From positions 1,216,001 through 1,280,000 of the forward strand of contig CAWJCS010000006.1 of assembly GCA_963841435.1 (NCBI GenBank): DNA of 64,000 bases. Reading direction: 5' to 3'. The notes beneath the pieces were generated by a model. The model made no database searches, had not been told where the DNA came from, and worked only from the letters and a program-made list of their open reading frames with translations. A program made the translations under genes and the position numbers. The stretch comes from an uncultured delta proteobacterium. Lineage in GTDB: Bacteria > Myxococcota_A > Polyangia > Polyangiales > Polyangiaceae. How positions within the stretch are numbered: position 1 is the stretch's first letter; each line of letters begins with the position of its first letter. Below, piece by piece: positions 62,307 to 64,000 of this stretch.

Positions 62307-63122
62307 ATGAAAAAGAGCTCCACTGCCACCAGGAACGCCGCGCTGCTCGGCGCGGCCTGCTTGCTCGCCGGTCTTCAAGGTTGCATGGCGACCGCCGCGA
62401 ACGGCGACGACGACACGCAGCTGCCCGCCGTCGGCGGTAGCGCCGGGACGGTCGCGGGGACCGGCGGTAGCGACGCGAGCGGAACCTCGGGGACAGGGCC
62501 GGGCGCTGGAACGGGCGCGGAGCCTGGCTCTGGAGCTGGAGGTGGAGGAGCCGGTACGCCCACCGGAGGCACCGGGGGCGTAGGGGCCTCCGGTGGCACA
62601 GCCGATCCCGGTGCGGGCACGGCAGGCGCGCCGCCGCCGGCCGGTGCCGGTGGCACGGATCCCGGAGCCGGCGGAGTCGCGGGCGCCGGCGGCACGGACG
62701 TGGGTGCCGGCGCCGGCGGCACGGCAGGTGACGGCGGCACGGGCGTCGGCGCCGGCGGCACGGCAGGCTCCGCCGCCGGGGCCGGAGGCGTGAACTCGGA
62801 CCCGCTCTGCAAGGGCATCAAGTCGAACATGGCGTGCACGAGCGAGGGCTTGAGCTGTCCGGTCCTCGCTTGCGGCCTCGCCGACTCAGGGCGCCGCGAT
62901 TGCGCGTGCGCGACGAACTGGACGTGCACCTCGTGCGACTTCACGGGCTCGCCGTACGCGACGGCGCCAGCGAGCCCGGCGACGTGCACGACGGAGAAGG
63001 ACAAGGATCCGTGCACGACCGAAGGCGCGGTTTGCATCGGTGCGCCCAACAGCGAGGTGTGCGCTTGCTACATGGACGGGAGCACGCTCATCTGGGATTG
63101 CGACAAGCAGCCCTGGCCGTGA
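62307..63122 (+). CDS. Lipoprotein with Gly-rich linker and two Cys-rich C-terminal repeats
   Basis: GLQGC lipobox; CT.EG..C...C.C...W.C occurs twice. Confidence 0.8.
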   Translation: MKKSSTATRNAALLGAACLLAGLQGCMATAANGDDDTQLPAVGGSAGTVAGTGGSDASGTSGTGPGAGTGAEPGSGAGGGGAGTPTGGTGGVGASGGTADPGAGTAGAPPPAGAGGTDPGAGGVAGAGGTDVGAGAGGTAGDGGTGVGAGGTAGSAAGAGGVNSDPLCKGIKSNMACTSEGLSCPVLACGLADSGRRDCACATNWTCTSCDFTGSPYATAPASPATCTTEKDKDPCTTEGAVCIGAPNSEVCACYMDGSTLIWDCDKQPWP

Positions 63123-63154
63123 AGAAGCTCGCAGCAGCCGGCTCGCTCTGAGTC

Positions 63155-64000
63155 TCAACGAGCTGGGAACAACGCTTCGGGCGGCGTGAGCGCCCGAAGC
63201 TCGTCGCGAAGTTTCGGCCGGAGCTCGTCGAGCCCCACGAGGAACGACGCGTTCATCCAGCCGAATCCTTCTTCGGCAATGTACGAAAAGTCGGTGTTCA
63301 CGTTGCCGTACTCCTGAAACACGGCGTGGCTCCTGCGCTCCACGTCGTACTTCTCCGGCACCGTGCCGTGGTAGTCGGCGGCGTTCTTCACGATCGTGTA
63401 GAGCCACCGATACGCGAGCCGCTCGGCGTCGTCGGCGAAGCCCGCTCTACGCAGGCCTTCCCACGCGAGCATCTGATGGGGGGCCCAGCCGTTCGGCGCC
63501 TCCCATTGCCGGCCGGGCGCGATGCGCTCGACGCCGCCTGCCGACGTGCGCCGCCACACCGCGGGCAGCTCGACGCGCGCGAGCGAGCTCGGAGCCGTTG
63601 CCTCGAGGCCGCCCGGTGCCTCGAGCTCGGCGAGCGCGCGGTCGCGAAGCGTGCGGGCCATGTCGCCGCTCACGAGGGAAGCGTCGCAGGCGCTCTTCGT
63701 CGAGGCAAAGAGCGGGTAGAGCGTCGTGGCCGCGACGTAGCCCGAGCGGCGCTTCGCCCTCGCGTCGTAGTCGAAAAAGAGCCCTCGCTCCGGATCCCAG
63801 AGGTACTTTTTTACGAGGCGCGCGCGCGCCTGGGCGCGGCGGCAGAGCGCCGCCGTCGTTTCCTGCTCGAAGCGGCCGCCGAATTCTTGGGCAACGAGCG
63901 TCGCGAGATCCGTCTCGATCTTGAAGAGCAGGGCGTTGAGGTCCACCGTCGCGTAGTCGGCGCAGTGCTCGCTGCCGCCTGAAAACCAGCGAAACGTCGT
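63155..64000 (-). CDS. Trehalase (GH37), 5' part beyond the right edge
   Basis: VDLNALL, LWD...G.FFDY, QW.APNGWAPHQ, EKYDV, EYG, EGFGWMNAS. Confidence 0.88.
   Translation of the reverse strand, partial: TTFRWFSGGSEHCADYATVDLNALLFKIETDLATLVAQEFGGRFEQETTAALCRRAQARARLVKKYLWDPERGLFFDYDARAKRRSGYVAATTLYPLFASTKSACDASLVSGDMARTLRDRALAELEAPGGLEATAPSSLARVELPAVWRRTSAGGVERIAPGRQWEAPNGWAPHQMLAWEGLRRAGFADDAERLAYRWLYTIVKNAADYHGTVPEKYDVERRSHAVFQEYGNVNTDFSYIAEEGFGWMNASFLVGLDELRPKLRDELRALTPPEALFPAR

Overview
Very GC-rich bacterial chromosomal DNA. The gene content points to a myxobacterium (Myxococcota, probably Polyangiales/Polyangiaceae): FHA proteins, a Ser/Thr kinase, a ZnR-GYF protein, an ECF sigma/FecR pair, a REC-DUF4388 protein and many Gly/Pro-rich lipoproteins. 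About 55 CDSs can be supported. Housekeeping genes (serA, sodB, bcp, fmt, lon, hom, murI, pyrB, pabB, purH, trehalase) are interleaved with lineage-specific signalling and envelope genes. I saw no rRNA, tRNA, CRISPR array, integrase or transposase. Main findings: (1) a full-length eukaryote-type CARM1/PRMT4-like protein arginine methyltransferase (22763-23827) with intact double-E loop and THW motif. It lies 23 nt downstream of a ZnR-GYF gene and about 1.6 kb from a lipoprotein with eight GGGGR[F/M]GG repeats that could be its substrate. (2) An orphan ParA with two N-terminal TRASH-like Cys fingers, translationally coupled to a small ribbon-helix-helix protein. (3) Six of seven apparent single-base frameshifts fall at TCGA sites, and several conserved Asp codons read as Asn at GTCGAC. 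This suggests a TCGA DNA-modification imprint on the consensus sequence rather than true pseudogenes. (4) A triplicated FHA gene array, an Hsp70 with a ~230-aa Pro-rich insert, a Bcp with a histone-H1-like tail, a Lys-type PGDH and a pseudo-rhomboid. All family calls come from motif recognition by eye; no database searches were run. Several start codons are uncertain.
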